From: an uncultured bacterium
GTDB taxonomy: Bacteria; JAUVQV01; CAWCAY01
DNA length: 64,000 bases
Direction of reading: 5' to 3'
NCBI GenBank assembly: GCA_963793725.1
Contig: CAWCAY010000002.1
Coordinates: forward strand, 183,196-247,195
Shown: in pieces, positions 53,538 to 64,000 of the stretch
Numbering within the stretch: position 1 is the first letter of the stretch
Layout: every line of letters starts with the position of its first letter
Made by a program: the position numbers and the translations under genes
Notes under the pieces: generated by a model
Told to the model about the DNA's origin: nothing
Database searches by the model: none
What the model saw: only the letters and a program-made list of their open reading frames with translations

Positions 53538-54751
53538 TTACATCAGACTGCTCACGTCGAGCATTGGCATGACGATGGCGATGACGATAAAGCCGACCAC
53601 TCCGCCCAACAGAACCATGATCATCGGCTCGATCAGCGAGGTCAGGCTCTCCACCGAGGTCGCCACCTCGGCGTCGTAAAAGTTCGCCACCTGGTTGAGC
53701 ATCTTTTCCAGCGCGCCCGTTTCCTCGCCGACGGCCACCATCTCGGTGAGCATGGGCGGGAAGATCCCGGTATCGGCCAGGGGACGCGCCATGCCCTGGC
53801 CCTGGCTGATGCTGACCCTGGCCTGGGAGATGGCCCGGGCGACGACCGCGTTCCCCACGGCCCGTTCCACGATCTCCAAGGAGGGCACGATGGAGACACC
53901 ACTCTCGATCAGGGTGCCGAAGGTCCGCGTAAACCGTGAGGCGGCTATCTTCTGTACCAGCGGGCCGAAGATCGGCAACCGGTAGACAAACCGGTCAATG
54001 GCGAGTTTGCCCTCGGGGGTCTTGCGCCATTGCAGGAGGAAGACGATAGACCCGACGGTCAATACGGGGAACGAGATCAGAAATACGGGCTCTTGACAAA
54101 ATCGCTCACGCCCACGACGAACCGGGTGATGGATGGGAGTTGTTGACCGCTCTCCGCAAAGACCTGGGCAAAGCGCGGAACGATAAAGGTAACCAGAAAA
54201 CCGGCCACCCCGATGACGACAGTGACGATCACCACCGGATAGGTCATGGCGCCGAGGATCTTGCGCCGGAGATTGTACTCCTTTTCCGTGTGGTCCGCCA
54301 GACGCTCGAAGACCGTGTCCAATTGGCCGCTGGTCTCGCCGGCCTCGACCATGTGCACGAACATCGCATTGAACGCCGCGGGGTGTTTACCGAGGGCGGT
54401 AGCCAGGGGCTGCCCGGCTTCGATGTCCTGCCTGACGAGTGCGAGGATCGCCTTGAGTTTGGGCGCACTCGTCTGCAAATGCAGTGTGCGCATGCAGATG
54501 ATCAGATTCAGGCCGGCGCGGATCATGACCGCCCATTGCCTGGTGAGGATGGCGATATCCCTGGGCTTAACCCCGCTAAGCAGGGAGGCCCGTTTGATCT
54601 GCATCCCGGCCTCCTCCCGCTGACGGAGCGCCGTGACGAACAGGCCCGCCTCGCGCAATTTGGCGGCGGCCAGCGACGGCGTGTCGGAATCCATGGTGCC
54701 GGTCGACACATTGCCCCCGCGGTCGCGGGCTTCGTAGACGAAAGTGGGCAC
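53538..54751 (-). CDS. pilC: PilC/GspF platform protein (frameshift near 54070)
   Basis: GETSGQLD, AMTYP, GEETGAL and LIEP motifs. Confidence 0.92.
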
Positions 54752-54818
54752 TGTTCTCACCTCCCCGGTGACAATCCCAACGGCATGTCCATACATTATT
54801 CGGACGGCGGGCCTGCTT

Positions 54819-55877
54819 TTAGGCCGAGACCATCCGCTTGAATTCGTCCTGATCCGTCGCGCGCAGCAATGCTTCCTGCAGACTGATGATTCTGGTCAGG
54901 TAGAGCGCGCGCAGACTGGCATCCATCGTCTGCATCCCGAGCCGGGCGCCGGTCTGGATGACCGAGTAGATCTGGTGCGTCTTGGACTCGCGGATCAGCG
55001 ATCGCACCGCCGGTGTGGCCATGAGGACCTCCACCGCCAGAACCCGCCCCGGCCGGTCGATCCGGGGGATCAGTTGCTGCGAGATGACGCCCTGGATGAC
55101 CGCGGCCAGTTGGACGCGGATTTGCTGTTGCTGGTGCGGAGGAAACATGTCGATGATCCGGTCCACCGTCTGCACGGTATCGTTGGTATGCAGAGTCGCC
55201 AGGACAAGGTGGCCCGTCTCGGCCGCGCTGATCGCCGTGGCGACCGTCTCCAGGTCGCGCATCTCACCGACCAGGATTACGTCGGGGTCCTGACGGAGCG
55301 CCGCCCGAAGAGCCTCGGCGAATCCGCAGGAGTCCATGCCCACCTCGCGCTGGTTAATGACGCTTCGCTTGTGACGATGGAGGAACTCGATCGGGTCCTC
55401 CAATGTGATAATATGGCAACTCCGGCTACAATTGATCAGGTCGATCATCGCGGCCAGGGTGGTCGACTTGCCGCTGCCGGTCGGGCCGGTGACCAGCACC
55501 AGTCCGCGGGATTTCTCCGTGAACTGCTTGGCTGTCTCGGGCAGACCCAGCATCTCCAGGGACATGATCTCTGTCGGGATGATCCGCATGACCGAAGCGT
55601 ACGTCCCCCGTTGGCGGAAGATGTTGACTCTGAACCTGGCCAGGCCCCGCACACCCAGGGAGAGGTCGACCTGGCCGTCGCGCCGTACCTGATCGCGTTG
55701 GGCGTCATTGAGGATGCCGAAGAGCGAGGACTCCAAGTCCGTCGCCGTAAGCGGGGCCTCATTGGCGATCGGGTTGAGTTCTCCGTTAATCCGGAGTACC
55801 GGCGGCAATCCGGCGGTCAGATGAAGATCGGAAGCGCCGACGCTAACCGTCTCGCGCAACAGGCGGTCCAGTTCCAT
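54819..55877 (-). CDS. pilT: Pilus retraction ATPase
   Basis: GPTGSGKSTT, LRQDPD and AVRSLIRE motifs. Confidence 0.95.
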   Translation of the reverse strand: MELDRLLRETVSVGASDLHLTAGLPPVLRINGELNPIANEAPLTATDLESSLFGILNDAQRDQVRRDGQVDLSLGVRGLARFRVNIFRQRGTYASVMRIIPTEIMSLEMLGLPETAKQFTEKSRGLVLVTGPTGSGKSTTLAAMIDLINCSRSCHIITLEDPIEFLHRHKRSVINQREVGMDSCGFAEALRAALRQDPDVILVGEMRDLETVATAISAAETGHLVLATLHTNDTVQTVDRIIDMFPPHQQQQIRVQLAAVIQGVISQQLIPRIDRPGRVLAVEVLMATPAVRSLIRESKTHQIYSVIQTGARLGMQTMDASLRALYLTRIISLQEALLRATDQDEFKRMVSA

Positions 55878-55893
55878 GTCTTCCTCCGTGTTC

Positions 55894-57615
55894 TCAGAAT
55901 TCTCCGGTGTAGGCGGTACGGACCACTTCCTCCACCGTCGTAATGCCCTTGACCGCCTTGGTCAATCCGTCCATGAGGAGCGTGCGCATACCGGATTTGA
56001 TCGCGGCCTCTCTTATTAGTTCGGCTGAAACCTGCTGGTTCGTTAGGGCTTGTATTTCCGCATTGGGGATGAGAATCTCGTGTACGGCGGTACGGCCTTT
56101 GTATCCCCCGTTGCACTGCTGACAACCGCGCCCCCGGTATAATGTGATCGGCTGGTCGGAGGGGACATCCCGGACGCCGGCAAGGATCATCCGGTGAACC
56201 GGATCGTCCGGTTGAACCTCGTACGATTCACGGCAATTTTTACATATGCCGCGGACGAGCCGCTGGGCAAGGATGCCGATGACGGTGGATGATACGAGAT
56301 ACGGCTCGATACCCATATCGATCAGACGCGTGATCGAACTCGGGGCATCGTTGGTATGGAGGGTCGAGAGCACGAGATGACCGGTCAGGGCAGCCTGCGT
56401 GGCAATGCGGGCGGTCTCGCCGTCGCGGATCTCACCGACCATGATGATGTCCGGGTCCTGCCGGAGGAAGGCGCGCAGGGCAATGGCAAAGGTCAGACCG
56501 GACTTGATATTGACATGGACCTGATTGATCCCGGCGATCTGGTATTCCACCGGGTCCTCGACCGTGAGGATGTTTACATCCATCGTGTTCAATTCGCTCA
56601 AAACCGAGCTGAGGGTGGTGCTTTTGCCGCTGCCGGTCGGGCCGGTGACCAGAATGATCCCGTATGGACGGGAAAACACGGAGCGAAAAATACTCAGCGT
56701 ATCGGGGAGAAAGCCCAATGTATCAAGCTTGGTCATGGTGCCGGTCTTGTAAAGTATCCGCATGACGATCTTCTCGCCAAAGATCGTCGGTAACGACGAA
56801 ACACGCAAATCGACGGCCTGTCCTTCGACGCGCATCTGAATCCGCCCGTCCTGCGGGACGCGTTTCTCCGCGATGTTCATATTGGCGATAATCTTGACGC
56901 GCGCAATGATGGCCGCCTGCGTGTTGCGGGGGCTGCTCAATTCCTGGCGAAGCCTGCCGTCAACGCGAAAACGGATGGCCACGTCCTTCTCGGTCGGTTC
57001 GATATGGATATCACTGGCTCTGAGCCTGACTCCCTGGGTAATGATGAGGTTGACGAACCTGACGATCGGCGCTTCCTCGATCAGCGCGAGGACGTCGGTC
57101 TCCTCATCTTTCTTCTCTTCCTCGACCTCGATCTCGAAATCGCGGAAGACTTCCTCCACTGAACCTTTGATGCCGTAGTAACCATCGATCGCTCGCTTGA
57201 CATCGTCCTCCGTGGCGATTGCCGGCACGATCGTATAATGCAATGCCAACTTGAGGTCGTCGAGCGCGACGACATCAGTCGGATCGACCATGGCAAGCAA
57301 GAGCTTATTGCCCTGCAATTCCACGGCGAAGCACCGGTATTTCCGGGCAACCTGCTCGGGAACCAGGGCGGCGACCGCCGGATCGACCTTGCGTTTGGCG
57401 ATGATAACGTGCGGCACGCCCAGCTGGAACTCGAGCACCTCGATGAGGCTCTGCTCATTGAGGTAGCCGAGATTTACCAGGGTGCTCCCCAAGCGTTGAC
57501 CCGACTCTTTCTGCAGAATCAGCGCCTCTTCGAGCTGCCCCGGGCTGATGTAACCGGCCTCGAGGAGCAACTCCCCGAGCCGGCGCTTGATGCCAGTGAC
57601 CACCTGGAACACCAC
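55894..57615 (-). CDS. pilB: Pilus extension ATPase with MshEN domain
   Basis: RLGELL..G..L..Q..RLG..L..LG; Walker A; tetra-Cys zinc motif. Confidence 0.95.
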   Translation of the reverse strand: MVFQVVTGIKRRLGELLLEAGYISPGQLEEALILQKESGQRLGSTLVNLGYLNEQSLIEVLEFQLGVPHVIIAKRKVDPAVAALVPEQVARKYRCFAVELQGNKLLLAMVDPTDVVALDDLKLALHYTIVPAIATEDDVKRAIDGYYGIKGSVEEVFRDFEIEVEEEKKDEETDVLALIEEAPIVRFVNLIITQGVRLRASDIHIEPTEKDVAIRFRVDGRLRQELSSPRNTQAAIIARVKIIANMNIAEKRVPQDGRIQMRVEGQAVDLRVSSLPTIFGEKIVMRILYKTGTMTKLDTLGFLPDTLSIFRSVFSRPYGIILVTGPTGSGKSTTLSSVLSELNTMDVNILTVEDPVEYQIAGINQVHVNIKSGLTFAIALRAFLRQDPDIIMVGEIRDGETARIATQAALTGHLVLSTLHTNDAPSSITRLIDMGIEPYLVSSTVIGILAQRLVRGICKNCRESYEVQPDDPVHRMILAGVRDVPSDQPITLYRGRGCQQCNGGYKGRTAVHEILIPNAEIQALTNQQVSAELIREAAIKSGMRTLLMDGLTKAVKGITTVEEVVRTAYTGEF

Positions 57616-57789
57616 CTAGCTGCTGTTCCCTTTCCCGCCACGCCGATTCGGGCCGAACCATGAGCGGGACCGTCTTTGCCTGCGTTTTACTACATGACTA
57701 CAGTAATTCGCTCCCATCTTGGCCGTTCCTGCCCATTTTGCCAAAATAACTAACGTTGACAAAGCGCATCCAAGGCCGCCGAGCGCATT

Positions 57790-58618
57790 TCATCGACCGG
57801 GGCCTGGCCTTCCCGTCCACAGTTCAAACGCGACGGCGCCCTGGTGGATAAGCATCCCGAGTCCCCCCAGGACGGCGGCTCCCCCTGCCTCAGCCCTCTT
57901 CATGAGAGCGGTGCGGACCGGACGGTAGATCAGGTCATACACAACCAGGCCGGGACGGAATACCCTCTCCGGCACGGGGGGTATCTCGTCCTCATGCGGG
58001 CTCATGCCCACGGGGGTCGCGTTGACCATGAGGGCGCAATCGTCCAAGATCTCCGGTTCGGTTGCCAGTTGACGGTAGGTCAGCAGATGAACGGGTGCGC
58101 CCAATGCCTCCACCGGCCAAGCGAGGTTCCCGGCACCGCCCCGCGTGACCACCACAATCGACGCCACGGCCTCGCGGGACAGCCTGAGTGCCAAAGCGAG
58201 AGCCGCCCCGCCCGAACCCAGAAGACAAACCCGCTTTCCGGCCAGCTCCAGCCGGCCTCCTCGCGCAGGGCGCGGATGAAACCCTCCCCATCGGTGCTAT
58301 GCCCGATCAGCCGGCCGTCCCGGCGGACGATGGTATTGACCGAACCACTAATGGCCGCGTCGCCGGCTGTCTCATCGAGAAACGGCACTACCGCGCGTTT
58401 ATGGGGCAGCGTGACGTTTACCCCCCCATGTCCAAGGCACGGACAGCCTCCACCGCCGAACCAAGAGCAGCGGGCTCGACGTTGAAGGCAAGGTAGGTCG
58501 CGTCAATACCACACGCGGCAAAGGCCGCGTTATGCATGGCCGGCGAGAGCGAATGCCCGATCGGGAACCGAAAACTCCGTAGAGCTGACGGCCGGGATCG
58601 CCGCTTCTAGATATCCTC
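57790..58618 (-). CDS. aroE: Shikimate dehydrogenase, multiple frameshifts
   Basis: [33 protein letters not shown] and GMLIHQG motifs. Confidence 0.9.
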
Positions 58619-59779
58619 AATGGCCGAGGTCTCCTCCAGGACGGTGCTCGTCTCCTCGATCGCTTCCGATACGATCCACCATGTTTTCGCTTGATATCAT
58701 GTTGATATTGGGTACAAACTGCCCCTGCCGCCTGGATCTTTCCCTAGGCGACCAAGCCCCCGGTCACCTCGGTCTGGCCCGACAGGGAGATGGCATTGTC
58801 CGAGTCGTCGCTCCACATGGCATGGATGAAGCCATCGAGTAGTTTGCTCTGTCCCGAAAACTGCGCGCGTCCCGTGACAAAGAAGAGATACTCTTCCAGC
58901 CCACTTTACTGGAGACGATCAGGTCGCCCTCGATAAAGACGACTTTGCGGCCGGCCACACCGTCGGCGGCGATGAGGTCGGCCAAGCCTCCGTCCGGATA
59001 GATTTTGTATCGCTCAGGCTGAGCGTGCCGGTGTGGTGGTAGACAAGGCTGGTCGCGGTGAGCAAGGCATTCTCGTCAACCGTGGGGATCGCCATCTGGT
59101 CCGCGTTGTATATCTTGTTTGGTGGGTCAGTCACCGCAAAATTGCCGCTCATCGACTACGCTCCGGAGCAGGTCCCGGTATTTACGTGGGCATTACCACT
59201 GCCTTTGAGGTCCTGGTTCGTATGGACTTTCCCGAAGTTTGCTAGACCGCTCAGATCCAGGTTGCCGCCTGACACAATGTCATAGGTGGTGTCGATTTGC
59301 AGCATGGAGGAGATTAGCTGGGTCTTGGTCACCGAGACCTTGTAGCGCAAGACCCGCTTTGCCGGGTTACTCGCGCCGGTCGAGGCGATCGTGTAGGTCT
59401 TGACCCATTTTTTTATGTACTTATCCGGGATTTCGTTACCACTGTTGTCGAATATTTTTTGTGTGATAGGGGTCCCCGCGGGCGTCTGGCCCGTCAGCGC
59501 GATGCTCACATCGTATCCCGCGGCGCCCAGCGTACCCGCGAGCGAGGTGATGGCGGTATTCTCGTAGGACAGTCCCTTGAGATAGCCGCGGGCCGCGCTC
59601 AGGCCGGCGCTGGCCGCGTTGTATGCTTCGTTGGCGCGGCCGAACATAATGGATGAACGGCGCATATTGACGGCGCCGTTGCTCATGGCCAGGATGCCCA
59701 GACTGACCACGACCAGGATCGCGAGGACGATCATCAGGGCCACGCCCCTCTGCCCGCGACAAGACGCATTTGTCTTCAT
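58617..59779 (-). CDS. PilX-like minor pilin, frameshifted
   Basis: RG|VALMIVL (no Glu5); A..AASAGL; YTIASTG. Confidence 0.7.
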
Positions 59780-59802
59780 CGTTCAACCCTCCCGGTGCAA
59801 AA

Positions 59803-60415
59803 TCACCTGACTTCCCCTGTACTCAAGCCGGTTATGGGGTCTATTACTTCCTGGCCCTTGATATTCAAGGTGGAGACGGCGGATCCCAGCGCAACCGTGG
59901 AACTGCGACACGTGACGGAGAAATCGACGAAGACGACGTAGAACATCTTGGGGTCCTTATCCGGGGGCACAACCTTTGTCGCTTCGGTCCCGTCCACACT
60001 GTACTCAAAGCCCAAACTGTTGATCCCATCCGAGATGACATCAGCTTTTAGGGGCGTTGTAAAGCTATTGCCGCTATATAGCGTCCGGTAAAGGCGATGG
60101 TCCGGCTTGACGCTCAGCTGCCAGTAAGAATGCTGCGCGACGCCGCCGGGGTAGATGGTACGCCGGTAACCGATGGACACGCGCGGTAGCCTGACTATAG
60201 TAAAATGCCGAGGCCATCTGCAGTTCCCGCACGATGTAATCGAACGTCGCCTGGCCGGAGTGCTCGGCCTCGATCCGGTCCGTGATCTGCACGTTGGAGC
60301 GGTCGACCACGGAGGATAGCCCGAGTGCGGCCAAGATTAACATACCGAGCAGCGCCAGAGCCACGATGACCTCGATCAGGGTGAATCCGCGTAACGCGCG
60401 AGCCGGTTCGGTCAT
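59803..60415 (-). CDS. PilW-like minor pilin, frameshift near 60180
   Basis: RG|FTLIEV; I.RELQMA. Confidence 0.75.
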
Positions 60416-60429
60416 GATTGCCCCCCCAA

Positions 60430-60942
60430 TCAATTGTCCCGTGGAACCATGATCGACTCGAGGACGAGGCTCCGAGTTCCCCAGACGATCGTCGCCGCCA
60501 CCTTGACCGCAGCGTTAGGCGCCACCTGGCCGCCGACCATATAGACGGTACCTTCCACGTTGGGGTCATTGGAGGTGGGGGCAAAGGACCCTGCGAGGTG
60601 ATTCGTACCGTCGATCACCTCGTCGGCCAGTAGGATCCTGCCCTGGGTGAAATTGATGGCCGTCGTATACGTGACGCCGTCTATGACATCCGGTGGAGCG
60701 AGGGCCGTATCGGCCAGCGCCTCGAGTGAACTCACGCGCACCTGCGCCCGCTGCATCTCCAGATACCTGACGGCCAAGCCGTTGGCCGTGGCCCGCTGGT
60801 TGACCAGATTGATGTCACGACGGGAGATCACGGTGATGGAGCCGACCAGCATCACCGCCACCAGGGACAGCAGGCCCAGGGCCATCGATACCTCGATCAG
60901 GCTCATCCCGCGATTGGCGCAGCTTCTCTTCATAACCATCAC
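60430..60942 (-). CDS. PilV-like minor pilin
   Basis: RG|MSLIEV; A..LA..YLE; V.ATIVW. Confidence 0.75.
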   Translation of the reverse strand: MMVMKRSCANRGMSLIEVSMALGLLSLVAVMLVGSITVISRRDINLVNQRATANGLAVRYLEMQRAQVRVSSLEALADTALAPPDVIDGVTYTTAINFTQGRILLADEVIDGTNHLAGSFAPTSNDPNVEGTVYMVGGQVAPNAAVKVAATIVWGTRSLVLESIMVPRDN

Positions 60943-60946
60943 CCGC

Positions 60947-61423
60947 CTACTCGACCCGGCTAAATCCGGTAGCCAATACCGTCACTCTTTTGACCACGCC
61001 CGGGGAGGTGCCGAACCTGACGGTGTTTGACGGGGTAGTCGCCGGGCTGAATGAGGACAGAGTCCCCCGGTAGTCAAAGACCACCGAGCCGGCCGTCGGC
61101 TCCATCGTGAGAGGCGGGCCGTATTTTTCGGCCAATTCTCCCCTTAGGATTTCTACGTCGGTCGTCCCGTTGTTATAGGTAACAATATAGTTGTCCATGG
61201 TGTAAGATACGGTGATCGTCGTACTGCGGACCAAGGCTTGTTCCCGCGCGAAACGCAGGTCCTGCACGAACTGGGTGGCGGCAAATCGCGCGCAGGAATG
61301 AGCTTTATATTGGACCCATGCGCCGTAGCCCAAAGTCAGCGCAACCCCCATGATGCCCAAGGTTATGACCATTTCGATCATGGTAAACCCGCGCATCGAT
61401 CTCTTTCTGTCAATCAGCGGCAT
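60947..61423 (-). CDS. FimT/FimU-like minor pilin
   Basis: RG|FTMIEM; DLRFAREQA; FDYRG. Confidence 0.8.
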   Translation of the reverse strand: MPLIDRKRSMRGFTMIEMVITLGIMGVALTLGYGAWVQYKAHSCARFAATQFVQDLRFAREQALVRSTTITVSYTMDNYIVTYNNGTTDVEILRGELAEKYGPPLTMEPTAGSVVFDYRGTLSSFSPATTPSNTVRFGTSPGVVKRVTVLATGFSRVE

Positions 61424-61748
61424 GTTACGTCACCCACTTTGCCTGTGGCTTTCCAGTTTCATATTACCGTAAAACGGTCCCCATGGCAAATCCGTGCAAT
61501 CCACCCCAAGTTACCCTCGATGCCACAAAAGGTGATACACCGTCGCGGTCTCAACGCCACGCACCCACGTTGCCGGACAAGCCCGGAATGACCTTCTTCC
61601 CGCAAAAGCACACCCACTTATTATATATATCGGTTACCGCATCGGTTTTGTTGACCCGCACTCAAGCAAGAAGGCGCCGAAATTCCGGCGCCTTGCGTTC
61701 AATCCCTGATTTCCAAAGTGGGTTGATCTCGCCCAAATCATGCCTGGT

Positions 61749-62863
61749 CTACTTGCCGAAAGCCTCCTTGACCCGGCCGAAGAACCCTTTGTCCTGTTCC
61801 TCGTCGATCGCCGCCAGACTGCGCAGTAGTTCACGCTGTTCCGCGGTGAGACGCGTCGGCGTCTTGACCTTGACCCGCACGAAGTGATCGCCGCGGCCGC
61901 TCCCGCGGAGATGAGTAATTCCCCGTCCGCGCAGACGAAAGACCGTGTCCGTCTGAGTTCCCTCGGGTATCTTCAACTCGGCCTCCCCATCCAAGGTGTC
62001 TACATGGATGGTCGTGCCCAAGGCAACCTGGGCGAAGGTCAAATCAACCTCGGTCTGGATATCGTCGCCGTCTCGCTTGAACAGACGATGGGGCTTGACA
62101 TAAAGATATACGTAAAGATCTCCGGACCCGCCCCCCCGCGCGCCGGCTTCACCCTCGCCGGTAACGCGCAGTCGTGACCCATTGTCCACTCCCGCCGGGA
62201 CTTTGACCTTTATTTTGCGCGTCCGCCTCACCCGGCCCCGTCCCTGGCACTCGGAGCAAGGGGTCTCGACCACCTTGCCCTCGCCTCCGCAACGGTCACA
62301 GGTTCGCACGTTGACAAAACGTCCAAAAGCGGTATTTTGCGCCACCTGGACCTGGCCGTTGCCCTTGCAGGCCGGGCAAGTCTGAATCGGGGTCCCGGGT
62401 TTGGCCCCATTGCCGTGGCAGGCCGGACAGAGTTCGGTCCGTGGAACCTCGACGGTCGTTTCGTGGCCAAAGGCGGCCTCCTCGAAACTTATCTCGAGAT
62501 CGTAGCGGAGATCCCCCCCCGTTGCGGGCCGTTCCGACGGCGCTGGCCGCCCCCTCCGAAGAACATGTCAAAGATGTCCCCGAAGCCCTCGGCCCCGCTA
62601 AAGTCAACCCCCCCCGCCCCGGCGCCAAAGCCGGGATCAGTGGCGGCATGGCCGAATCGATCGTAAGCCGCGCGCTTCTGGCTGTCGCTCAGGATCTCAT
62701 AGGCCTCGTTTATCTCCTTGAATTTCTCGTCGGCCTTGGGATCCTCCTTGTTCACATCGGGGTGAGACTGACGCGCAAGCCGCCGGTAGGCCTTCTTGAT
62801 CTCTTCCTCACTGGCCTGCCGATTAACGCCCAGGACCTCGTAATAATCTCGTTTATTGGCCAT
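61749..62863 (-). CDS. dnaJ: Chaperone DnaJ (frameshift near 62510)
   Basis: HPD J-domain, G/F region and CxxCxGxG repeats. Confidence 0.95.
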
Positions 62864-62883
62864 GCCGGACCTCTTTCCATCTT

Positions 62884-63324
62884 GGAAGACTGCAAGAACA
62901 TATTACTCGCGCAAAGACGCAAAGTTCGCCAAGAAGTTCTTCTACGCTACGTGATATTTGGCTTCGCTAAAGCCTCTGCGTTCTAGGCACCTTGGCGCGA
63001 GGCGATCTTCCGTTTATCGAATTGTCTTTAGAAGAACTGTGAAAAACCGGTTACTCGCGCAAAGACGCAAAGATTCGCCAAGAAGGGCATCAAGAATGCG
63101 CGCCATGGTGCTCTAGAAACCTTTGCGTTCTTGGCGGCCTTGGCGCGAGTCGATCTTCAGGGTTCTTCACATCGCTTTTAGAAGAGATGTGAAAAACTCA
63201 TTATCCCGCAGAGGCGCTGAGACGCGGAGAATGATGCCCCGGGAAGTCCCGGTAGAACTTGATTTGTCTTTTCCTCTGCGCCTCTGCGTTGCGAGATTGA
63301 TATTTTGGGCTTCTTACACCACTT
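62884..63324. mobile_element. Three head-to-tail ~150-bp MITE-like cassettes
   Basis: Units start at about 62884, 63031 and 63181, joined by TTTA-GAAG; best ends GAAGAGATGTGAAAAA and TTCTTCACATCGCTT. Confidence 0.75.
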
Positions 63325-63341
63325 TGAGATAATTGATCTTA

Positions 63342-64000
63342 CTATTTCTTGCCTTTGCCGTCTTCATCGACCACGTTGTAATCGGCGTCGACCGTCTTAC
63401 CGCCCTCGCCCGCCGGGCCGTAACCGGTCGGACCCTCATCACCCGGCGGCGTGCCCGCCTGCGCCGACCGCTGGTAGACGGCGGCGGACAGTTCGTGCAT
63501 CGCCCGTTCAAGGGCCTCTTTCCTGTTCTGCATCTCTTGCTTGTCGTCCTTGGTAATTGCTTTGGCCAATTCCTCTTTGGCCTCGTTCACCCGGGTTACC
63601 AGCGCCGGATCCGCCTTGTCTCCCAGATCTTTCAGCGTCTTCTCCACGGAATACGTCATGGCATCGCATTCATTGCGGAGGTCGATCAATTCTCGCCGCT
63701 GGCGATCCTCTTCCGCATGGGCCTCGGCGTCCTTGACCATATTATTGATGTCGTCATCCTTGAGGTGACTCGAGGTGATCGTCACCTTCTGCTCCTTGCC
63801 GGTGCCCAGATCCTTGGCCGAGACGTGCACGATGCCATTGGCGTCGATATCGAAGGTTACCTCGACCTGCGGAATACCGCGCGGCGCCGGCGGGATCCCA
63901 TCCAGGTGGAACCGCCCGAGCGTGATATTATCGGCCGCCATTGGCCGTTCACCCTGCAGGACATGGATCTCCACCGAGGTCTGGCTGTCGGCCGCCGTGG
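63342..64000 (-). CDS. dnaK: Chaperone DnaK, C-terminal part (5' end outside the window)
   Basis: EIHVLQGER and [23 protein letters not shown] motifs. Confidence 0.97.
   Translation of the reverse strand, partial: TAADSQTSVEIHVLQGERPMAADNITLGRFHLDGIPPAPRGIPQVEVTFDIDANGIVHVSAKDLGTGKEQKVTITSSHLKDDDINNMVKDAEAHAEEDRQRRELIDLRNECDAMTYSVEKTLKDLGDKADPALVTRVNEAKEELAKAITKDDKQEMQNRKEALERAMHELSAAVYQRSAQAGTPPGDEGPTGYGPAGEGGKTVDADYNVVDEDGKGKK

Noticed and set aside
44111-58618. Interleaving of aro genes with the pilus locus as a novelty
   Set aside because: Linkage of pilMNOPQ with aroK-aroB is a well-known conserved synteny.
61570-61595. CCGGACAAGCCCGGAATGAC REP-like half site
   Set aside because: Only one degenerate copy is in the window, too little to call.
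14354-62863. Mass pseudogenisation or programmed frameshifting
   Set aside because: Frameshifts hit housekeeping genes (dnaJ, aroE, pilC) as well as accessory ones, often at homopolymers; long-read indel error is the simpler explanation.
62884-63324. CRISPR array
   Set aside because: The period is about 150 bp, the interiors are palindromic and homologous to other loci, the ends are inverted rather than direct repeats, and no cas genes are present.

Overview
The window looks like three unrelated DNA pieces joined end to end, and it carries many single-base frameshifts typical of uncorrected long reads. Segment 1 (1-~5960, very GC-rich) holds the xseA 5' end, a diheme cytochrome c, a FabK/FabX-like flavoprotein, a GT-C glycosyltransferase, a macrodomain protein and an N-terminally truncated pheT. 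Segment 2 (~5960-8680, clearly lower GC) is an internal piece of a TPR-GT2-GT4-TPR glycosyltransferase. Segment 3 (~8680-64000) looks like a spore-forming, probably diderm Bacillota genome. It contains rplM-rpsI, nikR, gcvH plus a lipoyl ligase, an envelope operon (VanW, GT9, RfaE-II), yyaC, a TMTC-like TPR protein and two CAP paralogues. It also contains a TerY-P (vWA-PP2C-kinase) triad with a WD40 tail, spore LysM-GH18, paaK with a symporter, tRNA-Arg(CCG), efp, aro genes, a complete type IV pilus locus, dnaJ and the dnaK 3' end. The most unusual signal is a family of ~90-260 bp MITE-like cassettes that share one 16-bp terminal inverted repeat, carry interchangeable internal hairpins, stack in tandem and sit at gene 3' ends; two unrelated proteins end in the same repeat-encoded LEAM-stop. 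Also unusual are a probable secretin-Pro/Thr linker-2xLysM fusion and the WD40-tailed TerY-P kinase. All family calls come from recognising motifs by eye; no searches were run.
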